From the NCBI RefSeq assembly GCF_009834535.1, contig NC_045696.1, positions 51,524,001-51,588,000 on the forward strand: DNA of 64,000 nucleotides, written 5' to 3'. Every line of letters starts with the position of its first letter. The first letter of the stretch is position 1. A program made the position numbers and the translations under genes. Shown here piece after piece: positions 1 through 12,480 of the stretch. The notes beneath the pieces were generated by a model, which saw only the letters and a program-made list of their open reading frames with translations, was not told the origin of the DNA and ran no database searches. The stretch is from Camelus ferus (lineage: Eukaryota).

Positions 1-198
1 TCTGGTGTTGGACTTGGCTTGTACTAGCTTGTTCGAGGCGACTGGGCACTTCCCAACCTTTGTGTTCTGTGACAGTGTTTTGATAGCTTGAAATCACCAC
101 TATGGGAATATTTACACCAATGACAGTGACAAAGGCTACAAACCTGGGACTTTTTTCTTGGAGATTTTTTGTTAATCATTTACTATCACACAATTGTG
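1..198. mobile_element. MER63-like hAT DNA transposon remnant
   Basis: aatatttacaccaatgacagtgacaaaggctacaaacctgggactttttt...ttgttaatcatttactatcacacaattg resembles the recalled MER63 terminus. Confidence 0.5.
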
Positions 199-208
199 AA
201 GATCTAAC

Positions 209-850
209 TTGTGCTCCCGGTCAGATGTTCCACGTGCCTCTGTTTAGTGGACAGAGGAACCCCTACATTTGGAAGAGCACCAAAGTGTGAGTCCTTGTCA
301 CTGGATGTGAAAGAATTCATGCAGCAGAGGCAGAGGGACCAAGTGAACAGCCACTTTATTGCTCAGAAGGGGAAATGGAAAGAGGGTGCTCGAGCACAGA
401 GAAGGAAAGCAAAATGCTTTTGTGGGGAGAGGAAGTGCTCGAATGAGGAACTGTCAGCCAATATGACCAGCAGAGACAGCTCCAGCCAAGTCGGGCCACG
501 TGGACCTTTATGGGAGGTGTTTGTCATCATGTCTTCCTTTCAGGTGTGCTGGGGCCCATCAGTCCTTGTATGGGCTTTTCAGCCCTTGTATGGGCTTTTC
601 CAGTTGTCATGGTAAGCCCCAACTGTCATGGCACCGGTGGGTGTGTCATTTAGCATGCTAATACATTACAATGACTATATAACGAAGCTCAAGGTCCACT
701 GGAAGTGAAATCCTCCACCATCTTGGACTCCATTGGTTCTAACCAGTTCTTGTTTCTTCTCATTGCAACTGCCTCCTGAGACTTAGATGAGGGTAATTGG
801 TTTCAAGTCGAAGGAGAGGCAGGGGTAGGATCCTGGAGGACAACAGCCTT
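209..850 (-). mobile_element. ERV1-type LTR (antisense)
   Basis: gtcatggcaccggtgggtgtgtcatttagcatgctaatacattacaatgactatataa...ccaccatcttgg and a tttatt (minus-strand AATAAA) near 355 are typical of MER50/51-like ERV1 LTRs. Contains a 20-bp tandem duplication at 561-600. Confidence 0.55.
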
Positions 851-854
851 GGTA

Positions 855-1245
855 TCAAAAAGGAAAGCTGACTTTAATCAAAATGCTGGCAATCTGGTGG
901 ATCCAGTGATCCCCACAAAAATTGCCTCTGAAGATTCTGCTCAGCCATAAACAAGACTCAGGGCTTGGTGGGGAGGTGCTTAGCTCCTGTAGAAGAACGT
1001 AAAGATTATGTATATTCCTTCAGGAGGAACCAAGATCCTGCCCCAGGGCTGCCCTATTATTTCTTGACTGTTCCTCCCTCGTCTCTGCGTTCCCTCCCTT
1101 CCCTGGTTAGCAACTCTTCGAGCCTGCAATCTGGAACTCTGGGAAGGGCAAGGAAGCTGCATGAAGCCTATTTCCTACAAAAGAGAAATTGGGGACAAAA
1201 AGAATTTGTATCAGGGAGGGCCCATAGAATCCTACTCCCTTTCAG
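855..1245 (-). mobile_element. Second ERV-type LTR fragment (antisense)
   Basis: Contains ctttaatc (ATTAAA on minus) and ends ...gcccatagaatcctactccctttca, which reads TGAAA at the LTR start on minus. Resembles ungulate ERV1 LTRs. Confidence 0.45.
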
Positions 1246-1303
1246 CTCTGGTTCTAGAAATTTTAGTGGAAGCACAGTCTTGCAATGTCTTGATTCCTTC
1301 AAA

Positions 1304-1563
1304 GCTGATGTCTCCAAACTAATTTGCACAAGCTGAATCAGTGAGGGTGCAAAATGAAGATCTCACTCTTGTCATTTAAGTATTTATATCTGATATCTAA
1401 TTTTTGTTCTATTCTCAGTTTCTGTTTTATAATGTAGAAAATACATTATTACAGACACATATAAACATATTTTATGTGAATATACACATTTGAGAGGTCA
1501 TTGCTTAAGTTTAAAAAAGCTGATGGTGTATGAAATAAGAAGGAAAAAATGTGGAGACTATTG
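1304..1563. mobile_element. Charlie4-like hAT DNA transposon
   Basis: Degenerate TIRs ctgatgtctccaaac...aatgtggagactattg with an AT-rich interior resembling the Charlie4a/4z consensus. Confidence 0.55.
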
Positions 1564-1814
1564 TTTTAGGGTAAAAGAAAAGATAATTAATACTAAGAAA
1601 TTCAGACAGGATGATTCAGGAGTAGGGCTCGTGCGTATGTTGTGGGCATGGGGGTGACATTAGAAATGAGATGTGAAAATAAAAGGTAGAAAGTGTGGCC
1701 TCATTAGGGTGAAGTATTTAATTAATATGCAAGAAAGAAGGTGGGTCAGTGCAGGGTTTGAGGTAGTGAGATGGGTTCCTCCTCCAAGATCTGGAAGGAG
1801 CATCCTTGCCAGGC

Positions 1815-1998
1815 GACTTCACAACTGCTCCATCACTTGGGGGGCTTGTTACAGTGGAGACTACTGCCCCCAAGCCCCCACCCCAGGGATTTGGATTCAG
1901 TAGGTCTGGGACGGGGCCCAGGCAGGAATCTGTATTTCTTTCAAGTTTTTAAGTGACGTGATGCTGCCTGGCCAGGTCCACATTTTGAAAACCAGAGA
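1815..1998. mobile_element. MER5A (hAT-Charlie)
   Basis: gatttggattcagtaggtctgggacggggcccagg...aatctgtattt...tgatgctg...ccacattttgaaaacca. Confidence 0.7.
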
Positions 1999-2416
1999 TT
2001 TAAAGAAGAGTTTAAGGATAAAGGTGGGTATTGCTGATGACAGTGCATTAGACCCAGAGAACAAAATGGGAGAGTTCAGGGCTGGGGAGGCTGGAAGGGT
2101 GGAAAATCAGGTCAGATTAAAGACTTGAAGGAAGGAAATCCAGGTGATGAGCGTTGACCTAGGAGGCTTAGACTTCTGATGCTGGTTAACATAAGCAAGA
2201 ATACAAGCCGTGCTGGGCTAAGCCCTGCATAAAATCTCCTCACTGGCAATGGTCTTCACAGCAGATGTAATGGTGAGGCAGAAGGTGGTTTGGCTGGGTG
2301 GAAGGTGGAGTGAGGCCTTACTGAACCACACCTCAATTTTAACTCTTCTTTGTCCTCCTGGCAGAATTTTACATGCTCCTGGTGCTTCCTCAGATCACGT
2401 TTCATCTCTCTTTTTT

Positions 2417-2538
2417 GGGAGTGTTCCATCCTCTTCAGTCTTTTGGAAGAGTTTGAGAGGGATCAGTATAAATTCTTTGCATGTTTGGTAGAACTCCCCA
2501 CCGAAGCCATCTGGTCCTGGACTTTTGTTTGTAGGGAG
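2417..2538 (-). mobile_element. Isolated L1 ORF2 internal fragment with flanking direct repeats
   Basis: The minus strand translates [41 protein letters not shown] (L1 ORF2 KSPGPDGF motif). Flanked by catctctctttt and cacctctctttt. Confidence 0.85.
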
Positions 2539-3244
2539 CACCTCTCTTTTAGAAGTCTTTTCTCAGAAGCTCTGTAAAGGTAGCTTCAATTCCATAAGGC
2601 AAAGAGAGTGTGAGACTCTTTTGTGCCAGGACGATTATAGGGCCACAGTCTGACCCTCCCACCTGCCCTCCGGCCCCACAGGAGGCACGCTCTCCCTCTT
2701 CACTGTTATAGGAGCATCAGGCATTTGGATTTACACCTGGCCTGCCTGACCAAAGGAGCAGGCTCTGCGCATCTACCCGGTGAGACCAGGAGGGGCCTTA
2801 TGAGTCAAGAGACCCCTCATTTACTGAGACTTCTGTTATCCCTTCCCTTGAATCACAACACTGTCCACATCCATAATGTCTTGTTTTTCATAGTATATGT
2901 TTGTAAGCATTCAGTCGAAGCATGTGGAGTGTCCCATCATATTTTGGAGGTGTTGCCTAGGAGCCCACGAATCTGGGTTTGTGGATTAATATTGTCATCA
3001 CGCCTCTGTCTGAGCATTGGCTGCATGACACTGGCTGTTACTGCTTCTGCATTTGCTTTTATATTATTTAGAAATATCTCTTTGCTCTGAGATTAGACTT
3101 CCTTGCTTCAGCCACACAATTACTCTTTCACCTTTTTCCTGATACAAATGACTGTGTTAGAAACCCACCTTTGTTCATCTGCATCAGTCATTTGCATTTA
3201 TTGCCTGCCTTATATTTTAAATTATTTTTGTTTGGGTATAAAGC

Positions 3245-3360
3245 TTTCTAACTAGATTGTAAACTCCTTGAGTAAACTTTCTCTTCTTCACATGAACTGT
3301 AATGCCTAGCATAGCAGTTTTGCAAAGTACGTGCTCAATATTTGTTGAGTGATTGACATG
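3245..3360 (+). mobile_element. L2 3' end remnant
   Basis: ctagattgtaaactccttgag...tgcctagcatag...gtgctcaatatttgttgagtgattga. Confidence 0.6.
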
Positions 3361-4559
3361 AAGAAATGTGTTAGGACTGTTAGATTTGTTATGACAGCGA
3401 ATCAAGCAGCCTTAGCTCAGGCTAGGAACTGCCTATCCAATACAAGGAATTTGGCTAAATACTGAAAAGCTCCTTTAATTATTATGACATTTAAAATTAA
3501 TTATATATTTCCAACTGTATTTTTCAGTTGTTTGCATAATTATTATTATGCTGAACAGTATTTATACTTAAACGTTTAGTAGTTCATGTAAGCGACTGAA
3601 ATTAGTAATGTTTTACAGCCAAACCAAATTCATTTTTGATTGTTCTCTTCTCACAGCCTCACTATTGACGATTCCTCTGAGGTAATAGGCACTTGAATTC
3701 TAATCACCCCATGTCATGTGCAGATCGATTAAAGGATGGAGGCCCTGCGTTCACTCCCACAACAGACAGGGGTCTCCTTATAAGGGGTCTTCCTCCTGGA
3801 CTCTTGGTCCTCATGCTCCCCCAAACTGCCAGCACAACCTGTCTGGTGCCTGGTTTCTCCCGGCTGCACTCGGATGTTTCCTGAGGTTTAATTTTGACTT
3901 TTTACTTTGAATTTTGAATTTATGGAGAAGTAGAAAGATAATAATACCCATATTCTCATCACCTAATTATAACAATCAACTTTTAATTCTAGAGTGTTCT
4001 GAAGATTGTCTTTCACTGATTCAAAACCTTTGATTGGATTAAATTAAAAATATCCCTTGTTTTTCTATTTGATTTGCATTTTTGTATTCTGTGTAGAAAC
4101 ACTATGCTCAGGTTGTACATGAACCAGCCGTGGTTATGTTGATTTTCTTCTATGTTTCCTTTTATGCTTTGTACTTTTTTGCAGTTAAAATTGGTCTCTA
4201 AAATTTTTGACCAATCTTGGTGTAAGGCAATCCTTGCGTCTTCATCCATTGCATTCAATGCCATCTCCAATGAATGGTTGCTGAACTGTTTTGGAGAAGT
4301 TATAAAATAGCTGACATTATTTCAGTTTATATTTCCAAAAGTAAACGGACCCAGCAGGCATTCTAGCAGGGAACATTTTCTCAATGCAGTGTGTGCACTG
4401 TTGACCTGCACTATTCCAAATGTCCACAGGGGATTTTGCCACCTTTTCTTCATTATTAAGGATTTAAAAATTACAGACATTAATACATTTCACACTTAAA
4501 AACTTCAGTAGAGATCTCTAAAACATTTTCCCTATGTAACCACAATGCCGTTGTTACCC

Positions 4560-4956
4560 TGTGTTAGTTTACCAGGGCTGCCATAGCAAAACACAGCAGA
4601 CAGGGTGGCTAAAGCAACAGAAACCAATTTTTTCACAGCTCTGGAGGCTGGAAGTCCGAAAGTAAGGTATCGGCAGGTTTGGTTTCCTCTGAGGCCTCTC
4701 TCCCTGGCTTAAAGATGGCCACCTTCTCGCTGTAAGACATGGTCTTCCTTCTGTCTGTCTATCTGTCTCTCTCTGCCCAAATGTCCTCTTTTTAATGACA
4801 GTAGTTGTATTGGATAAGGGCCCTACCCTAAAGGCTTCATTTGACCTTAATCAGTTCTTTAAAGACCTTATCTCCAAATGCAGTTACCTACTGATGGGGA
4901 TCAGGACTTCAACGTAAGATTATGGGGCAGGAGGGGACACAATTCAGGATATAACA
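4560..4956 (-). mobile_element. MLT1 (ERVL-MaLR) solo LTR
   Basis: tgttagtttaccagggctgccatagcaaaa...ctctggaggctggaagtcc...tttaaagaccttatctccaaat...ggggacacaattcaggatataaca, a classic MLT1A-D layout. Confidence 0.85.
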
Positions 4957-4959
4957 CAC

Positions 4960-7900
4960 ACTTAACAGAACTAACAGTAGTTTATAATATCATTAATGCC
5001 AAATCCATATTTGATTTCTTACAATTGTCCCCCAAATGTCTTTGTTCAAACTAAGAGTCAGTCAAGGACCATGAATTGCGTTTGGCTGTTATGTCTCTTA
5101 GATTTTTTTTAAATCTGGAATAGTCCTCCTTCTCTCTTTCTTCCCACGACAGTGTCTTGTTGAAACAGCTTGCGCTACGTATTGCACTTTGCTCTGCTCT
5201 GTAGTCAGGGGGAACTGGACTTGCTGACCTATGTGCTGTACTGGGTTCCCTATAGACTAGAAGTTAGGCCTAAAAGCCTGAGTAGATTCAGGTTACACGT
5301 TTTAGGAATGAATATTTCATGGATGACATGTACCCTTATTATTGGGTCCCATTAGATGGCCCAGCATGTCCTGTTGTTCAGCTTTAAGGGGTGTTTAGAT
5401 TAGTCACTAGGATAAAGCAGTTACATTGTGACCAGAAAGCAATCTGTGGAGCTGCCTTAGCCCCTTGGAACATCTACTTTCCATCACATTTCACCGCATG
5501 GTTTTAGTTTCCATTGGTGATCCTTAACTAAATCAACGATTTCATTAGGTTTACAAATTTATTCTATATTTATTAGCTGAAATTATTCTGTAAAGAAGTA
5601 CTTTCCCTCATCAACTGGGACTGTTTACTTATCCTTAAATACAGTCCAAGTGGAAAGACAGGGTAAATCCTTTTAACTTTAATTACCAAGTTTTAGAACA
5701 AGGTACTGGTGTAGTAACCCCTACCAATAGTGACCATCGAGGTTTGCTTTGTTTAGGGTTTTCTGGTTTTGGAGTGTCATTTATAGATCTGTGGCCTTTA
5801 ATCTATTCTTAAAGCCATTTTCCTTCTCTGGCCTCTAATTGCCACAAGTTTGGCCATTTGTGGCCCCTGCAAGTTGGGCTGGTCAACAACTTTGTTATTG
5901 TATCATTATTTCAAAATTATAATACTACTGAATGACTGGAATATATGTTTTTATACTGAAATGTATTCCATTTAGTGAGTACAAATACTAAGTTTTAAAC
6001 TCAGTTGATTATTTTCTATGTGTGACTGCTTTATTAATTTTAAATGTGGTTAGATTAATTTGTTTCTTTTTTCCTTCCACTTTTAGGGATGGTTTTTTGT
6101 TTTCATTATTATATACTATGCTTCTTTTGACTATGTGAAACAGTTACAATTCCCCTCCTCCCCACCCCCTCTCCTGTTACCTAATGGTGACTGATTTTTA
6201 AAATTAATTTCTGATCAATTCTTACAGTGTTTGTTATTACAAACACAGGCAAATTTGTGCTCATATTCTTACTCCTTTTTGCCTCTTTCTGCAAAGGTTG
6301 CCTATTATACCACTTTTTGGCACCATGGTTTTTCATTTAGCAATACCTTCTGGAGATCACTACCTAGCAGTACACTGAGATTGCTTTCATTCTTTTTACA
6401 GTTGCCTAGTTGTCAATTTTGTGGAGTTACCATAGTTTATTCAATAAGAGACTGGGTATCATAGTTACTCAGCCAAGAATTTATTGGATTGTTTCATGTT
6501 TTTGTTGTTGTTGTTAGTGAATAATGACTCACTAACTCAATGAGTAATTTTGTGTATGTTATTTCCTATTTGTGCAGTTATGTCCTTAGAATATATTTCT
6601 GAAAGTAGAATTCCTGGCCCAAAGGGTAAACACAGCTGTGATCTTGATAGATATTGACCAATTCTCCTGCAAAGGAGTTCTATGATTTTTTCATTCGTAA
6701 CAATGATATATGACAGTCTACAGCATTACCGATAGAATATATTGTTAAAATTTTGATTTTTGCCAGTTTGCTAGGGAAGAAATGGTATCACGTCACGATA
6801 GTCTTAATATTTCGCTCTCTCTTTATGACTGGAGTGAACTTATGTTTAAGGAACATTTGTATTTTTCTATGAACTGTCAGTTCATGCATTTTGGTCTTTT
6901 TCTTACTGATTTCTAGAAACTCTTTATGTTAAGGAGATGAATCATTTGGTTATGAAATAAGTTCCAATATTCTTTCCTAGTTTGTCATTTGTCTTTTGAC
7001 CTTTATGCTTTTTTTTTTTAATGCAAAAACCTTTTTTAACAACAAAAAAACTTAAGTCAAATTCCTCACCAAGTTGTATTTATTGATTCCAGATTTTGAG
7101 TCACAGTGAAAGAAGGTCTTTTCAACTTTCAGATTTTAAAGGAATTCACCCATATTTTCTTTTAGTATTCTATAGTTTTATTTAAAAGTGTATTTGAATA
7201 GCTGATTCATTGGAGTAAAGTTTTTTTATATGGCATTTATACATTTCTTGTTAACGTTATTTCTAAGTATTTGATCTTTTTTTTTTTCCTATTATTATAA
7301 ATGGGGGTTCTCTTCTGGAATATTTATTAACTGGTTAATGACTGTATACAGGTAGACTATTTATATTAATTATATATCCTGCCAATTTTACAGAATTCTA
7401 TTACCTATGATGTTGTCCCCACTGATTCTCTTGTGTTTTCTATCTATATAAGCAACTATAACTAGAGACAGTTTTAAATCTTTATTTCTAATGCTTAAGC
7501 CTCTAACGGCTTCTCTTAATTGAATTGGCTAATATTTCTAATAAGTTGTTAACTAGTTGTGGCAATAGCGAGTGTTCTTGTCTTACTCCTGACTTTGGTG
7601 GGAATGCTGCTAGTGTTTTCCCATCAAAAGAGATGCTGGCTTCAGGGCTTGTGTGTGTTTGTGTGTGTGCGTAAATATGTTAAGAAAGAATTAATTTTTT
7701 AGGTTTTTTTTTTCTTTCTATCAGTTATAGGGATTGAATTTTCTTTTCAGCTTCAGGAAATAACCATATGTTTTTTTCTATGTAGATCTAGTACTTAAAA
7801 GATTTCTTAGTATTGAATCATCCTTGTAATCCTCTAATAAACTCTACCTGCTCGTTATGTATTTTGCTTAACTTGCTATTGGCATCTGTGACAATATTTT

Positions 7901-8180
7901 ATCTAGAATTTCCCCCTCGATATTTGTAAGAGATTAGGATCTGATTTTCTTTTATCGTGTGCAATTGTAATCATTTACAACAATTTGAAATTCACTTAAT
8001 AAAATGAATTTGGAAGTTCTCCTTTATGTTCTATAGGTCTGTATATTTTAAGTAACATTGAAATTATTTGCTCTTTAAAGGTTTGTTATAGTCCCCCTGT
8101 GAAACCAGTTTGGTCTGACATTCTTTTTGTTGGTGGAAGGAGAACTCTTGATGATTCAGACTTTCTTTGAATGAAATGTT
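4960..8180 (-). mobile_element. Old L1M (3'UTR and ORF2) remnants, antisense
   Basis: T-rich sequence with decayed L1 motifs, e.g. cttgtcttactcctgactttggtgggaatgct, tattgaatcatccttg and gtccccctgtgaaaccagtttggtc. Boundaries are approximate. Confidence 0.7.
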
Positions 8181-9315
8181 CACATATATTTGTATCCCAA
8201 TCCTACTTGTAGCGGATGCTGAGGGCTGCAGGTAGTATGAAGCAGGAAGTGAGTTTTCAGGGGTAGAGAACACCTTTCCCAAGGCAGATGGGACTGGGGG
8301 GGGGGATTGATAGTCTAACCACATCTAGGATGGGGGAGGGCAGGTACAGGAGCGATGTGGGTGGGCGGGAGGACTGAGAAGAGAAGCCATAGGAGAGGCT
8401 TCAGCTGAGGAGGGAAGATCAGCTGCTTCCTCCCAAAGACTTTTACTCTGGTTGCATTCCAACCTCGCCTGGGAGTCTCAGTCCTATTTTCACAGCTGGG
8501 AAGGCAAAGGAAATTTCCCATAATCCACTACCCTCCTTGGCAGCCTTTGTTGGGAAGGTCCTCAGAGTCACCTCACCCGAGGGACCTTGGACAAGCAAGA
8601 GCCGTCCCACCCCCACATTCTCCCCATTTGCATTCTCTGTGAGCAGTTTCAGCCAAAAAAACCACATGGCTCCCAGACTTATTAGAGAGTCTCAGGTCAT
8701 AGATATTCCTTTCATGTTGAGTCTTTGATTTTCTGAGGCAGCTTTCTCCACAAGGGGCTTTGGAACAGCCCCTTGTTGCCTGGGTGGCTCCTCTGGGGAG
8801 TGACTTTGCTATGGCAAAGGGCGGATGGGCTGCAGGGACACAGGGCAGGCTCTTGTGGGCACCCTGGGCGGCCATGTCCCCTTCAGTCCCAGTTTTCCTG
8901 TCTCCCTGCTCCCTCAGCCATCTGTGGACCTGCAGGGGCCAGGAGCCTCTTAGTCCCTTTCGGCCACTGCTCAGCCTCTAGCAGGGGGCACTGGTCTGTG
9001 AGGCAAAGAGTGGGCACTTGGCCGCAAAGGTCACCACCTCTGCAGTGGCTGGATCTCTTGATAAGAGGCGGGAAGAGGATGGGGAGACAGTTGGGACATC
9101 TCTGCTGCTCCCGCACCACTTCTGAGCCAGAGGGAAGACTTTGGAGAAACTGAAGTTCAAAGACACTGACTGCTGAGAGACTGGTCTGTGCCCTGAGAGA
9201 ACCCTGTGTTGTTTCCAGTGTATGGGTCACAGGCCTCCTGGGAAATGTGAGCACTCTCAGCCCCCTTGGCCCAGGGCTGTGACCCCTGCTAGGCCACAGG
9301 CTTCCACCTGGAGCC

Positions 9316-9371
9316 CCGGCTGTGGGCTCATGTGGGGCTTGCCGGCTGTGGGCTCATGTGGGGCTTGCCGG
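9316..9371. repeat. Perfect 26-bp tandem duplication
   Basis: ccggctgtgggctcatgtggggcttg x2 followed by ccgg. Confidence 0.95.
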
Positions 9372-10074
9372 GCCAAGGGAAGGCTGGGCTGTGAAAGGAC
9401 TTGCGGGGTCGGGAGCCTGTCTCACATTCTAAGCCAGCACTTCTTCCCCATTTACATGCAAATGGAGTCCCTTCCCTAGCACCCACACCCAGCCCCGTGC
9501 ATCAAGGCTAACCATAACTATCCACTCCACAAACCTCAAAAGTTAGGGAGAAAAATATGGTGGCTCCTTTTAGAGCTTTACATAGAGATGTGTCTGCACC
9601 CGACTGACCACAGACGTTCACACTGTGCTGCAGGGGCGGCCCACTGGCCCCAGAGGCTCGGGGTGGTCGGGAGCTATTGGTCCAGACCTGCTCCTCACAG
9701 CTCACCGCTCAGCTCTGGTTGCAGCCACTTTTGAGCCCGCGATGCTTCCAGCTAGAGTCCCGGAAGGAGGCACTCAAGGAGACTTTTGGAAGCTCCCCTC
9801 GGGAGACTCTTCCATCATTCACCTTCTTCCAAGGGCGCCTCAGCATCTGGCTGGTACAGTGGTTACTGTTCTGCAGTAAAATTTTATCCTTGTATTCCTA
9901 TATCAGATGCATAAGCCAGAATGAAGAGGCTGGTAGAACTCTGGCCTTGGAGTCCGGAGACCAGGGCTTTACTCCTGGGAAAATGCCTGCCATAGACGGG
10001 GGTCGTCCCGTCTGCCGTTCCTTTCACCTCCTTAGTTAATAGTATTATCAGTTTTGTCTCTGATGTGTTGCCTT

Positions 10075-10275
10075 CCTCTGTTCCAGGCATTGTGCTAAAC
10101 ACCTCACCAGACGATAGTTCACTGAATCCTCACAACCACCCTATGGGGGGAGGGCTGTAAGGAGGGGACACTATTGTGCTTATTTGCAGATGAGGAAACT
10201 GAGGCTCAAGGAGGTTAAGTAATTTCCCATGGTCACCAAACCAGAATGAATTTGGACCCAGATATTTTTCATCCC
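10075..10275 (-). mobile_element. MIR SINE
   Basis: aatcctcacaaccaccctatg...tttgcagatgaggaaactgaggctcaaggaggttaagtaatttccc (MIR core). Confidence 0.85.
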
Positions 10276-10423
10276 ATAGAGTATTAATCACTAACTTCAT
10301 ATGTCTCTGGAGAGCACCATGGATCAAAATGGACTTGACCATGTTCCTCTTTGGACTGACTGCTTAGAAACAAATAGAGCAATTCTTTAATCCAGTCTAA
10401 ATTTCTTTGGCTTTCTCTTTATA

Positions 10424-10758
10424 CAGTTGTCCTTCAGTGTCTGTGGAAGACTGGTTCCAGGAGCCCTGCAGGTGCTCAAATCCCTTATATAAAATGATGC
10501 AGTATTTGCATATAACCTACGCATATCATCCCGTATACTTTAAATCATTTATAGGTTACTTATAATACATAATAGCATGTAAGTGCTATGTAAATAGTTG
10601 TAAGTACAACATAAATGCTATGTAAATAGTTGAAGGTACATGACAAATTCAAGTTTTGCTGTTTGTAACTTCCTGGATTTTTAATTTTATTTTATATTTT
10701 AGATCTGCATTTGGGTGAATCTGCAGATGCAAAACCCCCGGATACAGAAGGCCAGCTG
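10424..10758. mobile_element. MER2-like TcMar-Tigger element
   Basis: ta|cagttgtccttcagtgtctgtgg...tcccttatataaaatgatgcagtatttgcatataacctacgca...ggatacagaaggccagctg, with TIRs and a left TA target site. Confidence 0.85.
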
Positions 10759-12169
10759 TGTAAGACAGGTCCTGCCTCTGTGGTTTCTACCCGCCTCCCC
10801 TGTAGAAACAGAGGCTGTAAGTTTTTTATAGTCCAGACCCCAGATACCATCTCTCTCTCTGCTCTATTCCCGGGAGCTGCTATAGGCTTTCCCACCCCTG
10901 GCTCCTCTGCCTTGGCAATCAGTTTTGGAAATACCCTGCCAGTTCAATCTCTAGACCCACATCAGGTGGACATGCATTAGGTCTTGTAGCTCCTTCAGCT
11001 GCAGGCTCTGTGGCTGTCGCGAAGGGGTGGAGGCGATGTATCTTGATGTGAGCCTCGAAAGACAGGTTGGATTGGGGTAGGCAGGAAGACGCTGATGAGG
11101 CATATGTTTTCTAAGGGACTGGAGGTGGGTTGTGGAGGGTGCATGGATCATGGTGCAGAGCTGGGGATGAGCAGTACCCAGGGAGAGGGGGACACTGGTT
11201 TGAGATGGAGCGTCCTACAGAAGAGAAAGAGGACAGGAACCTGGGTGGTAAGGAATGCTCTGGTGCTCAGCTAGAATGAGACGCAGAGCACCAGGCTTTG
11301 GATGTTCCCCCTGGCAGAGCAGCAGGCTTTTAAGACATACGCCATGGCGCATGCCCAAGGTGGCAGTGGCGAGCCCTGAAGGCAGATGACAGTGCACCCT
11401 CCACTTCCTCTCCTCAGTGTGGCTTCACCGGAGAGCAAGCTTTGACTGTGGCCTGTCTGAGGGGCTGTGATTATTCACCCTCCTACCTCAGAGCCTAGTG
11501 TTGAGTCTGGCGCTTCTCAGGCACTCAGGGACTTTTGAATGAATGAAGGAACAGTTAGAAGAAGGGAGGGAGGGAAGCAGGAAGGGAAGATGGGTGATCA
11601 GTAGGACTTGGTGATGCACTGGCAGCTCCAGGCAAATGTCAGCAAATCCCAATCCAGGGTCAGGAACGGAGGCTCGCCCTTCTTTACCTCCACAGACGTC
11701 ACGGGGTCATCACACACAAGAAAACTCATTCTTCTGATTCTACTGGGTCATGGAGACTAAGCCTGCATTCGACAACCTCTCAGTCCAAATAACCAAGACA
11801 GAAGAGGTAAGAGTAAGGAGCGGGGATCTTATTTCCTTCGGGGGAAAGCTGCTTTGTTTGAGATAGACTTTTATCCCACCTGTGTCCTGTTCCTGAAGTC
11901 AAGGCCTCTTGTTCCATAGTTCATTTGACTTCAAGTGCAGATCCTGGCTTTTAAGAGCGCAAACTTAGGTTTCTCTTATCATTGCACACTCTTTAGCAGG
12001 ATGGAGTTGGGGGAGCCCAGTGAACCCCATCAGGAACAGGCTCTCCAGAGCCAAGGGCCCTACATAGAGGCCCTTGAGCTCGTTAGATGGATAAAGGCTG
12101 ACGAAACAAAAAGTACATTGAGATAGAACTTAAAAACAGTAGATTGACTAATAGTAGTCCAAAGACCAG

Positions 12170-12416
12170 TGTACCTCTAACCACATTTTTGTTTATTTTT
12201 CAGTGTGTTTCCTTCATGGTCTTTCTTGTGGCTGGCCCTGTGCAGTTTGTGTACTTGTTGAGAGCTTTGACTGTCTTTGACGCTGTTTTTGCTGAACTGG
12301 GTTTTTCCGAGACCCTCTCTCCTCATAGGCTCAGTTTCACCCTGCCATCTGCAGTCGGCCAGTTTCGGTGGCAGAAGAGGCCACAACTGCTTCCTGTCGG
12401 CCTCCTGGGCAGAAGC
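12170..12416 (+). promoter_or_regulatory. TIGIT: TIGIT proximal promoter and 5'UTR region
   Basis: Immediately upstream of the ATG. Contains RUNX AACCACA (12179-12185), an NFAT-like TTTTCC (12303-12308) and an ETS-like CTTCCTG near 12390. No clear TATA box. The TSS cannot be determined from sequence. Confidence 0.5.
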
Positions 12417-12480
12417 ATGCAGTGGTGTCTCCTCCTGATCTGGGCCCAGGGGCTGAGGCAGGCTCCCCTCCCCGCCTCAG
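12417..12480 (+). CDS. TIGIT: TIGIT coding exon 1 (signal peptide MQWCLLLIWAQGLRQAPLPAS-G)
   Basis: ATG at 12417. The peptide matches the recalled human TIGIT leader MRWCLLLIWAQGLRQAPLASG. The exon ends at a canonical CAG|GTAAGG donor (phase 1). Confidence 0.95.

Noticed and set aside
12144..12416. Upstream in-frame extension of TIGIT exon 1 (115-aa ORF)
   Set aside because: The ORF-track start is non-ATG, and the region is probably promoter or 5'UTR. The conserved signal peptide begins at 12417.
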